The notes below the pieces were generated by a model, which did not search any database, had not been told where the DNA came from, and worked only from the letters and a program-made list of their open reading frames with translations. From contig CAMDTN010000007.1 in the NCBI GenBank assembly GCA_945907755.1, positions 856-64,855 on the forward strand: 64,000 nucleotides of DNA. The letters run 5' to 3'. Position numbers and translations under genes: made by a program. The stretch comes from Singulisphaera sp. GP187. GTDB lineage: Bacteria; Planctomycetota; GCA-002687715. Of this stretch, positions 1-10,361 are shown one piece after another (within the stretch, counting starts at the first letter, position 1; each line of letters opens with the position of its first letter).

Positions 1-312
1 CGCGCGGGCGAAGTGGATGCGATCATCTTGAGCCAGATGCTGCACGAACTCGAAACCCCCGCCGCTGCGGTCAAGGCTGCCGCGCGAGGTTTGCGCAAGG
101 GCGGGTGTTTGTTGGTTCTGGAATTGCTCACACACGAAGAAGCCTGGGTGCGCACGCGCTTGGGGCATCGCGCTTTGGGCTTCAGCGAACGCGAATTATT
201 GGGTTTCATGAGAGCGGCAGGGCTGGTGCAGCGCGAAGTGCAGCGAGCCTCGCGCGATCCCAAGCCCCCGCATTTTGTGGCGCTGCTGGGCAGCGCAAGG
301 AAGGGCGCATGA
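1..312 (+). CDS. C-terminal fragment of an ArsR-type regulator / SAM-dependent methyltransferase fusion (partial; upstream part lies outside the window)
   Basis: Open frame from the window start; the tail resembles the C-terminus of class I methyltransferases (…GGCLLVLE…). Stop TGA at 310–312 overlaps the metH ATG at 309 (ATGA). This arrangement upstream of metH is common. Confidence 0.5.
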   Translation, partial: RAGEVDAIILSQMLHELETPAAAVKAAARGLRKGGCLLVLELLTHEEAWVRTRLGHRALGFSERELLGFMRAAGLVQREVQRASRDPKPPHFVALLGSARKGA

Positions 313-3300
313 AAGAGCACATCTTGACACCACATCCATTGGTAGCAGCACTGGCCAACCGCATCCTCGTGGTGGACGGCGCCATGGGAACCATGGTGCA
401 AGTTGAGGGCTTGGAAGAAGCGGACTACCGCGGCACGCGCTTCGCGGCGCATGAACGACCGCTGCGCGGCTGCAACGACCTGTTGGTGCTGACGAGGCCA
501 GACCTGATCGCCAGTATTCATCGGCGCTACTTGGAAGCGGGCGCCGACATCATCGAGACCAACACATTCAACGCCACCACGATTTCGTTGGCGGATTACG
601 GTCTGGAAGCGCATGTGCGCGAACTGAACACTGCCGCGGCGCGCTTGGCGAAGGCGGAAGCGGCCAAGGCCACAGCAGCGAACCCCGCGCAACCGCGTTT
701 CGTGGCGGGCTCTATCGGCCCCACCAACAAAACCGCTTCGCTGTCGCCGCAGGTGAACGACCCAGCCTTTCGTGCCATCAACTTCGAACAGTTGGTGGCG
801 GCGTACAGCGAACAAGTCCATGGCTTGCTGGATGGCGGCGTCGACCTGTTGCTGCCGGAAACGACATTCGACACGCTCAACCTGAAGGCTGCGCTGTTCG
901 CCATCGAAGCGGTGTTCGAAGAGCGAGGCATGCGCGTGCCGGTAATGGCTTCGATCACCATTACCGACCGCAGCGGGCGCACACTGTCGGGGCAAACGGT
1001 GGAGGCGTGTTGGATCAGCGTGTCGCACGCACCGCTGTTGGCCATTGGCATGAACTGCGCTTTGGGCGCGGAAGAGATGCGCCCGTGGTTGGCAGAACTC
1101 GCAGCAGTGGCCAGCGTTCCGGTGGCCTGCATTCCGAACGCGGGCCTGCCCGATGAAATGGGCGCGTATGTGCAAACACCCGCCGAATTCGCGCAGATCA
1201 TTGCGGGCTTCGCGCACGAAGGATTACTCAACATCGTTGGCGGCTGCTGCGGCACCACGCCCGCGCACATCGCTGCATTGGCGAAGGCAGTGAAGGGCTT
1301 AGCACCACGCGCTGTTCAGCCCGCGCCAGCCACCGCGCGCTACTCGGGCCTCGAGCCCTGCGTGCTGCACGCCGACAGCAACTTCACCATGGTCGGCGAG
1401 CGCACCAATGTCACCGGCTCGCGACGCTTCCGGCGCCTGATCGCTGAAGGCAGTTTCGAAGCCGCCGTGGAAGTGGCGCGCCAACAAGTGGTCAGCGGTG
1501 CCAATCTGCTGGATGTGAATATGGATGAAGGGCTGCTGGATTCAGAAGCCTCCATGACGCGCTTCTTGAATCTGATTGCCGCAGAGCCTGATGTGGCCCG
1601 CATCCCTGTGATGATTGACTCTTCGAAGTGGAGCGTGCTGGAAGCAGGGTTGCGCTGCGTGCAGGGTAAGGCCGTAGTCAATTCCATCTCACTGAAGGAA
1701 GGCGAAGCGGCGTTCTTGCGCCAAGCCCGTCTGTGCAGGCGCTACGGCGCAGCCATGGTGGTGATGGCCTTCGACGAAACCGGCCAAGCTGTAGAAACCG
1801 AGCACAAGATCGCTATCGCCGAGCGCGTCGTCCGTTTGTTGAGCAACGAGGGCGTGCCCGCAGAAGACATCATCTTTGACGCCAACATCCTCACCATTGG
1901 CACCGGCATCGCCGAGCACGCGCGTTACGGCATCAATTTCATCGAAGCCGTGCGCGGCGTGAAGCAGCGCTGTCCCGGAGTGCGCACCAGTGGCGGCGTG
2001 TCCAACCTGTCCTTTGCCTTCCGCGGCCAAGACCGCATTCGCCGCGCGCTGCATTCAGCCTTCTTGTTCCATGCGATTCGTGCGGGTCTCGACATGGGCA
2101 TCGTCAATGCTGGTGAACTGGACTTGTACGAAGACATCACTCCAGAGTTGTTAGAGCTGGTCGAAGACCTGATCTTCGATCGACGCAGCGATGCTACCGA
2201 GAGGCTGGTTTCCTTCGGTCAAGGATTGGGTGCTGCCGTTGGCGCAGTGCTTGCGGACGCCGCGTGGCGCAGCGAACCGCTGCCCGCACGCGTGCGTCAC
2301 GCGTTGATGCACGGCACCAGCGAGTTCATCGAAGCCGACATGCGCGAGGCGCTGGGCACTTACGCAACGCCGTTAGACATCATCGAAGGCCCGTTGATGG
2401 CTGGCATGAATGTGGTGGGCGATCTGTTCGGCGCAGGCAAGATGTTTCTGCCGCAAGTAGTGAAAAGCGCGCGTGTGATGAAGTTGGCGGTGGCGGTGTT
2501 AGAGCCGCACATGCCGCGCGGCACCGCCAGCGGGCGCGGCGTGGTCTTGTTGGCGACGGTGAAGGGCGACGTGCATGACATCGGCAAAAACATCGTGGGC
2601 GTGGTGCTCGCTTGCAACGGCTGGAAAGTGGAAGACCTCGGCGTGATGGTGCCGTGCGAGCGCATCCTCACCGAAGCGCAGCGCTGTGGCGCCGTGATGA
2701 TCGGCCTGTCGGGGCTGATCACACCGTCGCTGGACGAAATGGTGCATGTGGCCAAGGAAATGCAGCATCGCGGGCTGAACTTGCCGCTGCTGATTGGTGG
2801 CGCCACCACCAGCGTCAAGCACACCGCAGTCAAAATTGCACCGATGTATTCCGGGCCTGTGGTGCATGTGTTGGACGCTGCGCGCACGCCGGGCGCAGTA
2901 GAGCGTCTCAGTTCTGCCACAGGGCGTGACGCATTCGTGGCCGAAGTGCGAGCCGCGCAGGAAAAGGCCCGTGTGCAACACGCGGCGCGTGCCGGCGCCG
3001 CACCATTGTTGCCGCTGGAAGCCGCGCGCTCCTTGGCGCAGCCCTTCGGCGGGCACATTCCTTGTGCTCCCACTTGGACTGGCGTGCGTGTGGGCGCAGC
3101 AAGCGTTGCAGAACTGATTCCGTGGATCGACTGGACACCCTTCTTTCATGTTTGGGAATTGCGCGGCACTGCGCGCAGCTTGTTGGCCGCTGCAGATCCA
3201 CGCGTGCTGGAACTGAAACGCGACGCCGATGCGTGTTTGGCAGAGCTGGCCGCGAAAGATCTGTTACGCCCGCGCAGCGTTGCTGGTTTTTGGCGTGCCG

Positions 3301-3986
3301 CGCGTGACGGCGATGACATCGTGCTGTGGCCGGAAGCAGCAGAAGCGCCGCACTCGACCGACGCATTGGCTAAGCCCACGCAGCGCCTGCACACTTTGCG
3401 GCGCCAAGAAACGCCGCGCGAGCGCGTGGCGGGAGCGTGCCCAGCGCTCGCTGATTTTGTGGCGCCGCTGGGCGGGCCTGCTGACTGGATGGGAGCTTTC
3501 GCGGTCAGCGCCGGTGTAGGCCTACCTGAACTAGTGGCCGCCGCACAGCAGCAGTACGACGACTACAAAGTGATCATGCTGAAGGCACTGGCGGACAGGC
3601 TCGCCGAGGCCTACGCCGAAAAACTCCATTCCGAAATGCGCGCTGCCGCGGGCGCCACTGAAGCCCTGAGCATCGCCGCACAGATTGAATCCGAATACAA
3701 AGGCATTCGTCCGGCACCTGGGTATCCCGCGCAACCCGACCATTCCGAAAAAGAAGTGCTGTTTCAATTGTTGCAGGCGGAAGAGCTTGCTGGCATTCGC
3801 TTGACGGAGAGCTTTGCCATGGACCCAGCCGCGAGTGTGTGCGCGTTGGTGTTCACGCACCCGCAGGCGCGCTATTTCTCGGTGGGCCGCATCGGCCGCG
3901 ACCAAGTCGATGACTACGCGCGGCGCAAAGGTATTGAGCGAGCGGTGGTGGAGCGCTGGTTGGCGTCGCACTTGGTCGACGCCTGA
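309..3986 (+). CDS. metH: B12-dependent methionine synthase (5-methyltetrahydrofolate–homocysteine methyltransferase)
   Basis: 1,225-aa product from ATG 309. Homocysteine-binding Hcy domain (GAMGT…DIIETNTF), pterin-binding domain, B12-binding motif ([11 protein letters not shown]), and C-terminal AdoMet activation domain. The ORF-track start at 105 is an upstream extension in the same frame. Confidence 0.95.
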   Translation: MKEHILTPHPLVAALANRILVVDGAMGTMVQVEGLEEADYRGTRFAAHERPLRGCNDLLVLTRPDLIASIHRRYLEAGADIIETNTFNATTISLADYGLEAHVRELNTAAARLAKAEAAKATAANPAQPRFVAGSIGPTNKTASLSPQVNDPAFRAINFEQLVAAYSEQVHGLLDGGVDLLLPETTFDTLNLKAALFAIEAVFEERGMRVPVMASITITDRSGRTLSGQTVEACWISVSHAPLLAIGMNCALGAEEMRPWLAELAAVASVPVACIPNAGLPDEMGAYVQTPAEFAQIIAGFAHEGLLNIVGGCCGTTPAHIAALAKAVKGLAPRAVQPAPATARYSGLEPCVLHADSNFTMVGERTNVTGSRRFRRLIAEGSFEAAVEVARQQVVSGANLLDVNMDEGLLDSEASMTRFLNLIAAEPDVARIPVMIDSSKWSVLEAGLRCVQGKAVVNSISLKEGEAAFLRQARLCRRYGAAMVVMAFDETGQAVETEHKIAIAERVVRLLSNEGVPAEDIIFDANILTIGTGIAEHARYGINFIEAVRGVKQRCPGVRTSGGVSNLSFAFRGQDRIRRALHSAFLFHAIRAGLDMGIVNAGELDLYEDITPELLELVEDLIFDRRSDATERLVSFGQGLGAAVGAVLADAAWRSEPLPARVRHALMHGTSEFIEADMREALGTYATPLDIIEGPLMAGMNVVGDLFGAGKMFLPQVVKSARVMKLAVAVLEPHMPRGTASGRGVVLLATVKGDVHDIGKNIVGVVLACNGWKVEDLGVMVPCERILTEAQRCGAVMIGLSGLITPSLDEMVHVAKEMQHRGLNLPLLIGGATTSVKHTAVKIAPMYSGPVVHVLDAARTPGAVERLSSATGRDAFVAEVRAAQEKARVQHAARAGAAPLLPLEAARSLAQPFGGHIPCAPTWTGVRVGAASVAELIPWIDWTPFFHVWELRGTARSLLAAADPRVLELKRDADACLAELAAKDLLRPRSVAGFWRAARDGDDIVLWPEAAEAPHSTDALAKPTQRLHTLRRQETPRERVAGACPALADFVAPLGGPADWMGAFAVSAGVGLPELVAAAQQQYDDYKVIMLKALADRLAEAYAEKLHSEMRAAAGATEALSIAAQIESEYKGIRPAPGYPAQPDHSEKEVLFQLLQAEELAGIRLTESFAMDPAASVCALVFTHPQARYFSVGRIGRDQVDDYARRKGIERAVVERWLASHLVDA

Positions 3987-3997
3987 AGGAGCATGCG

Positions 3998-5209
3998 ATG
4001 GCAGAGTCCACAACAGCGTTGCACAATTTGCGGGCAGCCTTTCCGGCGTTGCAGGACGGCCTTTGCTTCCTTGATTGGGCATCTACAGGGCTGCTGCCTC
4101 TACCGGCACAAGTTGCGCTGACGGAATTCCTCGCGGCCTGCGGGCGCTGCGACTCTGCTGATTCCACTTGGATGCATGGCGCCGGCGCGACAACGCGCAA
4201 CGCGTTGCGTGCGTTGATCGCGCAACGCTTGCAAGCCAACCCGCGCGACATTGGCTTGCTTGAAAACACGACGGCGGGGCTGAATGCAGCGGCTTCGGCC
4301 TTACGCTTGCAACATGGAGACAATGTCATCTTGGGCGAGATCGACTACCTCGCTGTGGCCATGCCGTGGCGTCACCGCGCGCGCCGTGACGGTTTAGAAC
4401 TGCGCTTCGTGCCCGCACGCGCAGGGCGTATCGAAGCGGCCGATGTGCTGGAACGCATCGACGAGCGCACCCGCGTCGTTGCGCTGTCCACCATTTGCTG
4501 GACCAGCGGCGCACTGACAGACCTTGCCGCCATCGCGCGCGAAACGCGCATGCGCGGCATCCACTTGATCGTCGACGCCACGCAGACCTTCGGCCTGTTG
4601 CCCTTGGACACGCGCAGCGTGCCTGCACAATTCATCGCGTGCGGTGGGCACAAGTGGTTGCTGGGCACTCTGGGCCAAGGTTTTTTGTGGGTGCACCCAG
4701 AATGCGCCGCGCGGCATCAGCCGCCGTTTGTTGGCTTCTTGTCGGGAACGCCAGCACAGGGACAGTGGCCCGATTGGTTCAGCAGCGCGAGCAGCAGCTT
4801 GCACGACGAAGTGATGGTGCCATCCACAGCGCGGGCGTTTGAAAGTGGTGGGACGCCGAACTACGCCGGGGCCATCACATTGCTCGCCGCGCTGCGGCTG
4901 TTGGATACTGTGCCGCAGGACGAGCTGGTCGCCCATGTGCGCACTCTGGGCACGCAACTCATCGATGGGCTGCAGTCGCGCGGTTTCACGGTGCTGACAC
5001 CAACCGAGCCCACAGCCCGTGCAGGCATCGTTGTGTTTCAAGGCGGTGGTGAAGCGGCGGAGAAAACTCTGGTGGCTGCGTTGCGTTCCCAGCGCATCGC
5101 GTGCGCGGTGCGCTATGCCGGCGGAGTTGGTGGCGTGCGCATCAGCCTGCATGGGCCGAACAATGCGGCAGATGTGGCGCGCTTACTGGCCGCGTTGCCG
5201 CAGCGCTAA
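3998..5209 (+). CDS. Class V aminotransferase (cysteine desulfurase / SufS-CsdA-like PLP enzyme)
   Basis: 403 aa. PLP-lysine motif GGHKWLLG. Class-V fold signatures (…LIVDATQTFG…). Starts 12 nt after metH. Confidence 0.8.
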   Translation: MAESTTALHNLRAAFPALQDGLCFLDWASTGLLPLPAQVALTEFLAACGRCDSADSTWMHGAGATTRNALRALIAQRLQANPRDIGLLENTTAGLNAAASALRLQHGDNVILGEIDYLAVAMPWRHRARRDGLELRFVPARAGRIEAADVLERIDERTRVVALSTICWTSGALTDLAAIARETRMRGIHLIVDATQTFGLLPLDTRSVPAQFIACGGHKWLLGTLGQGFLWVHPECAARHQPPFVGFLSGTPAQGQWPDWFSSASSSLHDEVMVPSTARAFESGGTPNYAGAITLLAALRLLDTVPQDELVAHVRTLGTQLIDGLQSRGFTVLTPTEPTARAGIVVFQGGGEAAEKTLVAALRSQRIACAVRYAGGVGGVRISLHGPNNAADVARLLAALPQR

Positions 5210-5517
5210 GCGCCTGAGCTGCTTGTAGGCGCGCGTTGCGCCTCGGATGGCGCACATTGAGACTCGGGACTTGCGCTCTGCAACAGCGCGAAGTGCGCCG
5301 GAAGGATGTGATGCCAGTCGCGCTGCTGATCCAGCGGTGCGCGTGGGCTGGTTACAGAAGCATCACCAGTCTGAGGCGTCGCATCGGCCCGAGTCGTGTC
5401 GTCCATCAGTCCCCCCTCACGGCGCCTGCGGGCTTGCAGCCGCGGTGAGGGTCGAAGCGTAACCGGCCGGCAGCCGTCGACGGAAACGAATCTGCTAACT
5501 CGTGCGCCGCATTCGGG

Positions 5518-7269
5518 TTAGAGATCCACCTGAGCGGCGAAGGGGTCTGTTGGGTCCGCTATCAGCGTTCCCGTGAGAGTGGCGCCAGAGGCGAAAACCA
5601 CAGTGACGCTGGCTCCGATGAGCGCCGCGCCGGTGCCGTTGGCGGGGATGATCTCGCAGTCCCAATCCAGCGCGTCGATGGTGGCTTCGAAGCTGTTGAA
5701 GGTGAAGTTCAATGTGCCATAGGCGGTTGCGGGCAGTCCGCCCACGGTCACCGGGAACGGATTAGTACCCGTGAACAGGCCCGGCGTCGGCCCGGTGAGC
5801 CCGGTGGTGAGCGCAGTGCCGTTGCGATACGAAGTGCCCGCAGCCAACGACCCGCCGCTGTTCAGCGCGCCGGAAGGGACGAGGCCGATGCCAGCGCCGA
5901 GTGGCATGCAGTTGATGGTCACCGAAGTAATGGCCTCACTGCCAGTGTTGCGGATCTCGTGAAAGCCAAAGACTTGGATGGCGCCAGAGCCGCGCGATTC
6001 GATATGTGCGTGAGGACCTGGTAACGCGTCCGCCCATCGCAGCGTGCACACATTCGAGCCACCGAAGAAGCCTGGGCTGCTTGGGTCCGGCGCGAGGAAT
6101 TGGAACGCGATGCGGTCTCCAGTGGCCAGCAAACCACCAGCGATGTTAGTGGAGATCAACGCTGGCGCCCCCGTGCCGGTGTAGCTGTAGGGCAGCACCA
6201 AGCCTGCAGCAATTCCCACCAAACTCAGCCCCAAGCTGTCCGGAACAATGAGCGCTAGCGGCTGCATCGGCACGCTGAAATTGTGGCCCAATTCCACCGC
6301 GGGGAAACCCGGTGTGACGCAGTTGGGGTTGGTGCCGCCGGGCCAAATATTGATGAGGCAACTGGCGCTCACGCCAGGCAGCGTCAAGCAGTCACCACCC
6401 CAAGAAATGAGTGTGCCCGCGGTGATGGTGCGCTGGATGCGCGCCGGGGCATCGGTGTTGATGCCCACCAGAGCCTCGTGATTATTCAGCGGAAAATCAC
6501 ACTCGAAGTAAGTGGTAGCTGGTGTGTTCGGTTGGCCTGATGGCCCGTTGCCAGCGGCTACGACGAGGTAGTCGGCTTGGATGTCCGCAGTGCTGCGCGC
6601 GTACGGGTAAACGCGGATGTCGTCGTAGTGCGCTTGCGCCGCCAGCGAAGACGAAGCGCGGTCACCCATGAAGTCGAGTTCGGTGCCATTCCAGTTGAAG
6701 CTGCCCGCGGTTTGCGGCACGCTCACCATCAAAGTGCCGTTCATGAACAAGGCGATGATGTTGGTTGCGGGGTCGAAGCGCACCGCGATGTGCACCCAGC
6801 CGTTCGCATTGACCATCGTGAGTAACGGTCCACCGGTGACTGCAACTTCGTTGGGTACGCCACGCAATGTTAGGCCTGCCGTGTTGGTGGGCGTGTAGGC
6901 CGGGCAATAACAGGCGCCGCTTTGAAACATGCGGAAGCGCCCGCCGCTGTAGCCCGCGATGGGCGACACCATGTTGCCGTCACCAAAGATGTACCCAAAA
7001 TTCTGCGCGGCCCAGGGACGGTAGTGGAACTGAATCGTGAAGCCGCCCGAGGGAATGAGCGTGAATCCCGTGGGCAGGTAGCTGAGGTTGGCGGCGGTAG
7101 AGGTGCGCACGGCGCAGCCGCCTCCGAGGAAAGGCACGGTGTAGTCGAGGCTGATGCCAGACCCAACGGTGGAGCGCACCAAGCTGGGAGGAGACAGCGC
7201 GGAATTGAGCAGGGCAACCTGACCATGAACCGAAGCCAAGAGCACCACCAATAGGCTGAAGCTGCGCAT
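5518..7269 (-). CDS. Secreted Gly/Thr/Ser/Pro-rich protein with a LamG/concanavalin-like N-terminal domain
   Basis: Signal peptide MRSFSLLVVLLASVHGQ. LamG-like motif (…FMGDRASSSL…YDDIRVYPYARSTADIQADY). Low-complexity G/T/S/P-rich remainder. AAGGTG Shine-Dalgarno before ATG 7269. Confidence 0.6.
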   Translation of the reverse strand: MRSFSLLVVLLASVHGQVALLNSALSPPSLVRSTVGSGISLDYTVPFLGGGCAVRTSTAANLSYLPTGFTLIPSGGFTIQFHYRPWAAQNFGYIFGDGNMVSPIAGYSGGRFRMFQSGACYCPAYTPTNTAGLTLRGVPNEVAVTGGPLLTMVNANGWVHIAVRFDPATNIIALFMNGTLMVSVPQTAGSFNWNGTELDFMGDRASSSLAAQAHYDDIRVYPYARSTADIQADYLVVAAGNGPSGQPNTPATTYFECDFPLNNHEALVGINTDAPARIQRTITAGTLISWGGDCLTLPGVSASCLINIWPGGTNPNCVTPGFPAVELGHNFSVPMQPLALIVPDSLGLSLVGIAAGLVLPYSYTGTGAPALISTNIAGGLLATGDRIAFQFLAPDPSSPGFFGGSNVCTLRWADALPGPHAHIESRGSGAIQVFGFHEIRNTGSEAITSVTINCMPLGAGIGLVPSGALNSGGSLAAGTSYRNGTALTTGLTGPTPGLFTGTNPFPVTVGGLPATAYGTLNFTFNSFEATIDALDWDCEIIPANGTGAALIGASVTVVFASGATLTGTLIADPTDPFAAQVDL

Positions 7270-7529
7270 GGAGTCACCTTAGTGCCCCAGCAGCTCTCGC
7301 GCGCACTCGTTTCTTGGATTTTCGTTCCGCGCACTCAGGAAGTGTGGAGACGGCGATCAAAAAATTGTGCGAGCACCCTTCACGGGCGAAATCTGCAGAG
7401 CCTGAAACCGCGCTTGACACGGGGCAAGTTCTTCTCGTATACATGGGAGGCCCGCTCCGCCGAGTGGGTTTGCTTGCTAGTAGCCAGACTTATGTCTAAC
7501 GCTCATAGCTTGCGTTCAAGGTCCTCGCT

Positions 7530-8138
7530 ATGCACGTTCCTACCGCCGCCATTGGTTCTGCACGCTTTCTCACGACCAATCGGATCGCCGGCCTCATCGG
7601 GGTCAGCGAACGCACAGTTGCCAACTGGATCGATCGCGGTCACCTCGATGCGCATCGCACACCCGGTGGGCATCGTCGCGTGTCTCCAGACGAACTGGTG
7701 CAGTTCCTGCACGCGCGGGAAATGCCTGTGCCGAAAGAGTTACAGAGTGAGCGCCGCGTGCTCATTGTCGAAGCCGATGCACAAGTTGCGCGCGTGCTGC
7801 AGAGCTACTTAAACCCTGAAATAACCGGTTATTCAGTGACATGGATGGCAGATGCTTTGTCGGCGCTGATGCATATCGGGCACAACAAACCTCACGTCGT
7901 TCTGCTCGATATTCTGATGCCCGGAATGGACGGATTGGAAGTGTGCCGCAAGATCCGCGCCAACCCCGACTTAGCCGAAGTGCGGGTGATCTTTGTCACC
8001 AGGTACACCGACATCGACCCCGATAGCATTTGCCGCGACACTGGTGCCATCGGTGTTCTGCTGAAGCCCATCCGTGGCCCCGAGCTCAATGAGGCCGTGG
8101 CCAAAGCGCTATCGACGCGCGCTCCGGCCAGCTTCTGA
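7530..8138 (+). CDS. Response regulator with N-terminal excisionase/MerR-type HTH (HTH_17) and C-terminal receiver domain
   Basis: N-terminus …IAGLIGVSERTVANWIDRGHLDAHRTPGGHRRV… is an excisionase-family HTH. C-terminus RVLIVEADAQV…VVLLDILMPGMDGLEVCRKIR…LLKP is a CheY-like receiver with the phospho-acceptor Asp context. Confidence 0.8.
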   Translation: MHVPTAAIGSARFLTTNRIAGLIGVSERTVANWIDRGHLDAHRTPGGHRRVSPDELVQFLHAREMPVPKELQSERRVLIVEADAQVARVLQSYLNPEITGYSVTWMADALSALMHIGHNKPHVVLLDILMPGMDGLEVCRKIRANPDLAEVRVIFVTRYTDIDPDSICRDTGAIGVLLKPIRGPELNEAVAKALSTRAPASF

Positions 8139-9086
8139 ACGCCGCTGGCGTTAGGGCGTCATGTTTTTCTTAGGCAGTTCCTGACATTTGTCCACGCGCA
8201 GATGAATCCGCGCAACCATCCTGATCACAGTAGCTTGCGCCGATTGGGCGCGCTTGGGCACCATTGCTTCTGCCCAGATCAGGCCAAGTTCTCAACACAA
8301 TCCACAAAATCTACTTGCTTTGGCACCGCTCCGGACGGCATACTGATTGCGGTTGCTGACGGCCTTGCAAAGGCAGGCCCGCCCGATCAGGTCACCCGGC
8401 AGCAACTGAGAGCTTTGGCTTTCGAGATTCCACCAGCTCCTGTTGGTGGCGCCTCAACTGGCACCCTTGAAAAAGATCCACGCAGTTCGCAGCGATGTCT
8501 GGCCCGATGCCGGGTGCGCATGGAATTGAAGTTCGTTGGCGGGTGGGAGCCCGCTCTCGAGTTTCAGAACTATGCCGCCGAAACATCACCAGGTTCGGTG
8601 GGTGCGTGGGAACGAATGTTGGATGCACCGCTGCCGCTCGGCTGGCACTGAGCCGCGTACCGGGGGAACCCCGGGGCGATTGCAGACAGATCCAACGCGT
8701 TTCCGCCCACACTTGCCACTTCGCGGCTGGTTCGCGGTTGAGTGCTTCGCAACTTGGGGTTTCCCAAGACGAGGCGCGAAGCCGTGGGCCCATCGTGATC
8801 AGCATGTTGTCCGGGTTTGTACCTTGGCAAAGTTCCCGTCGCTCCGGCTTGCGCCAGGGCGTCGCCTGCTGCTGAGCGGGTCGAGGGGGAGTTCGCGCGC
8901 CCCGGGGGTGAATAAGCGCGAGTATCGGCTGCGAGCGCAGCTTGAAGGGTGCAAACCCTCAGGCGGCATCCACCGAGGGGGCCCGATGGGTCCGAAGAGG
9001 AGCCTTGCTTCAGACGGCGGCGACGCCCGGAGCAAGGCTCTTCGCCCTTTTGGCCGGGCTGTGCGCGAGGCGTAGGCTTGGCGCCG

Positions 9087-10361
9087 ATGGCTCTGATGGA
9101 AGCGCGAGCTTCTTGCGGATCCGGAAGGGACCTCGTGGCGACTCAGAATGCGATCAAGCCTGTGCGGGCCGCACAGCGTGTGGCCGGGGTGCGTTACGCC
9201 GTGCGCGATGTGGTGGTGCAAGCCGAGCGTCTGCGCAAGGGCGGCATGCGCATGCTGTATCTGAATATCGGCGACCCGAATCAGTTTGGCTTCAAGCCGC
9301 CAGAGCACCTGATCAGTGCGGTGGAAGGTGCCATGCGCAGCAATCGCAACGGCTATGCGCCCAGCGAAGGCATTCCCGAAGCGCTGCAAGCCATCGAGGC
9401 CGATGCCAACGCGCGCGGCATCAGCAACATCTGCCACACATGGGTGGGCAACGGTTGCTCGGAAGTTATCGACATGGCGCTCACAGCGCTGTGCGACCCG
9501 GGCGAAAATATCTTGGTGCCTTCGCCTGGCTATCCGCTGTACACAGCGCTGGCCGCGAAGCTCGGCATCGAAGCGCGGCCATATCAGTTGGATGAAGCCA
9601 ACGGCTGGCAGCCCGATGTCGCTGACATGGCGGCGCACTGCGACGCCAACACGCGCGCGGTGGTGGTCATCAACCCCAACAACCCAACGGGCTCGTTGGC
9701 GAGTGCCGCTGCGTTGCGCAGCGTGATGCGCGTTGCTGTCGAGCGCGACCTCGTGGTCTTCGCCGACGAAATCTACGACCGCTTGCTGTTCGACGGCTGC
9801 AAACACACGCCGCTGGGTTCCATCGATCCGAACGCGAGCGTGCTCACTTTGGGTGGGCTGTCGAAAAACTGGTTGGCGCCAGGCTTCCGCATTGGTTGGG
9901 GCGTGGTCAGTGGCGACGCGCAGCGCTTGCAGCCGTGGCTGGAAGCGGTGCGTCAGTTGGGACGCGCGCGTTTATCGGCAAACCACCCCGAGCAGTACGG
10001 CATCGCGCCATGCTTGCAGGGCTCGCAAGAGCACCTGACGCAGATGTTGGTGGAACTGACGGCGCGGCGCGATTTGGCAATGCAGCGTCTGAACGCCATC
10101 CCTGGCATTTCCTGCGTGGTGCCGAGCGGCGCGTTCTACGCCTTCGCACGCTTGCACACGGTGGACAACGACGCGCAGTGGTGCAGCGATTTGATGCAAG
10201 AGACTGGCGTGGTGGTGGTGCCTGGTAGTGGTTTCGGCCAACGCCCTGGTACGCAACACTTCCGCATCGTGCTGCTGCCTTCTTGCGAAATCTTGGCCGA
10301 AGCCTGCGACGCCATCGCTGCCTTCGCGCAGCGCCGCGCCCCTGCGGGGCGGGCGTCATGA
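9087..10361 (+). CDS. Class I/II aminotransferase (alanine aminotransferase AlaA-like)
   Basis: N-terminal …IKPVRAAQRVAGVRYAVRDVVVQAERLRKGGMRMLYLNIGDP… matches AlaA. PLP-lysine motif SKNWLAPGFRIGW. Start chosen at ATG 9087 (the ORF-track start at 8949 is an upstream extension). Stop overlaps the next gene's start (ATGA at 10358–10361). Confidence 0.85.
   Translation: MALMEARASCGSGRDLVATQNAIKPVRAAQRVAGVRYAVRDVVVQAERLRKGGMRMLYLNIGDPNQFGFKPPEHLISAVEGAMRSNRNGYAPSEGIPEALQAIEADANARGISNICHTWVGNGCSEVIDMALTALCDPGENILVPSPGYPLYTALAAKLGIEARPYQLDEANGWQPDVADMAAHCDANTRAVVVINPNNPTGSLASAAALRSVMRVAVERDLVVFADEIYDRLLFDGCKHTPLGSIDPNASVLTLGGLSKNWLAPGFRIGWGVVSGDAQRLQPWLEAVRQLGRARLSANHPEQYGIAPCLQGSQEHLTQMLVELTARRDLAMQRLNAIPGISCVVPSGAFYAFARLHTVDNDAQWCSDLMQETGVVVVPGSGFGQRPGTQHFRIVLLPSCEILAEACDAIAAFAQRRAPAGRAS

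Noticed and set aside
596-3366. Multiple 150–240-aa minus-strand ORFs within metH
   Set aside because: Antisense to metH. Compositionally biased.
8202-8651. 149-aa ORF in the long intergenic gap
   Set aside because: No RBS or motifs. The composition is atypical. It overlaps other equally weak ORFs. Treated as non-coding.
8980-9020. Weak resemblance to SRP-RNA domain IV (GGUCCGAAGAGGAGCC)
   Set aside because: It does not match the conserved GGAA tetraloop and AGCAGCC consensus well enough. No supporting 5' and 3' helices were recognised.
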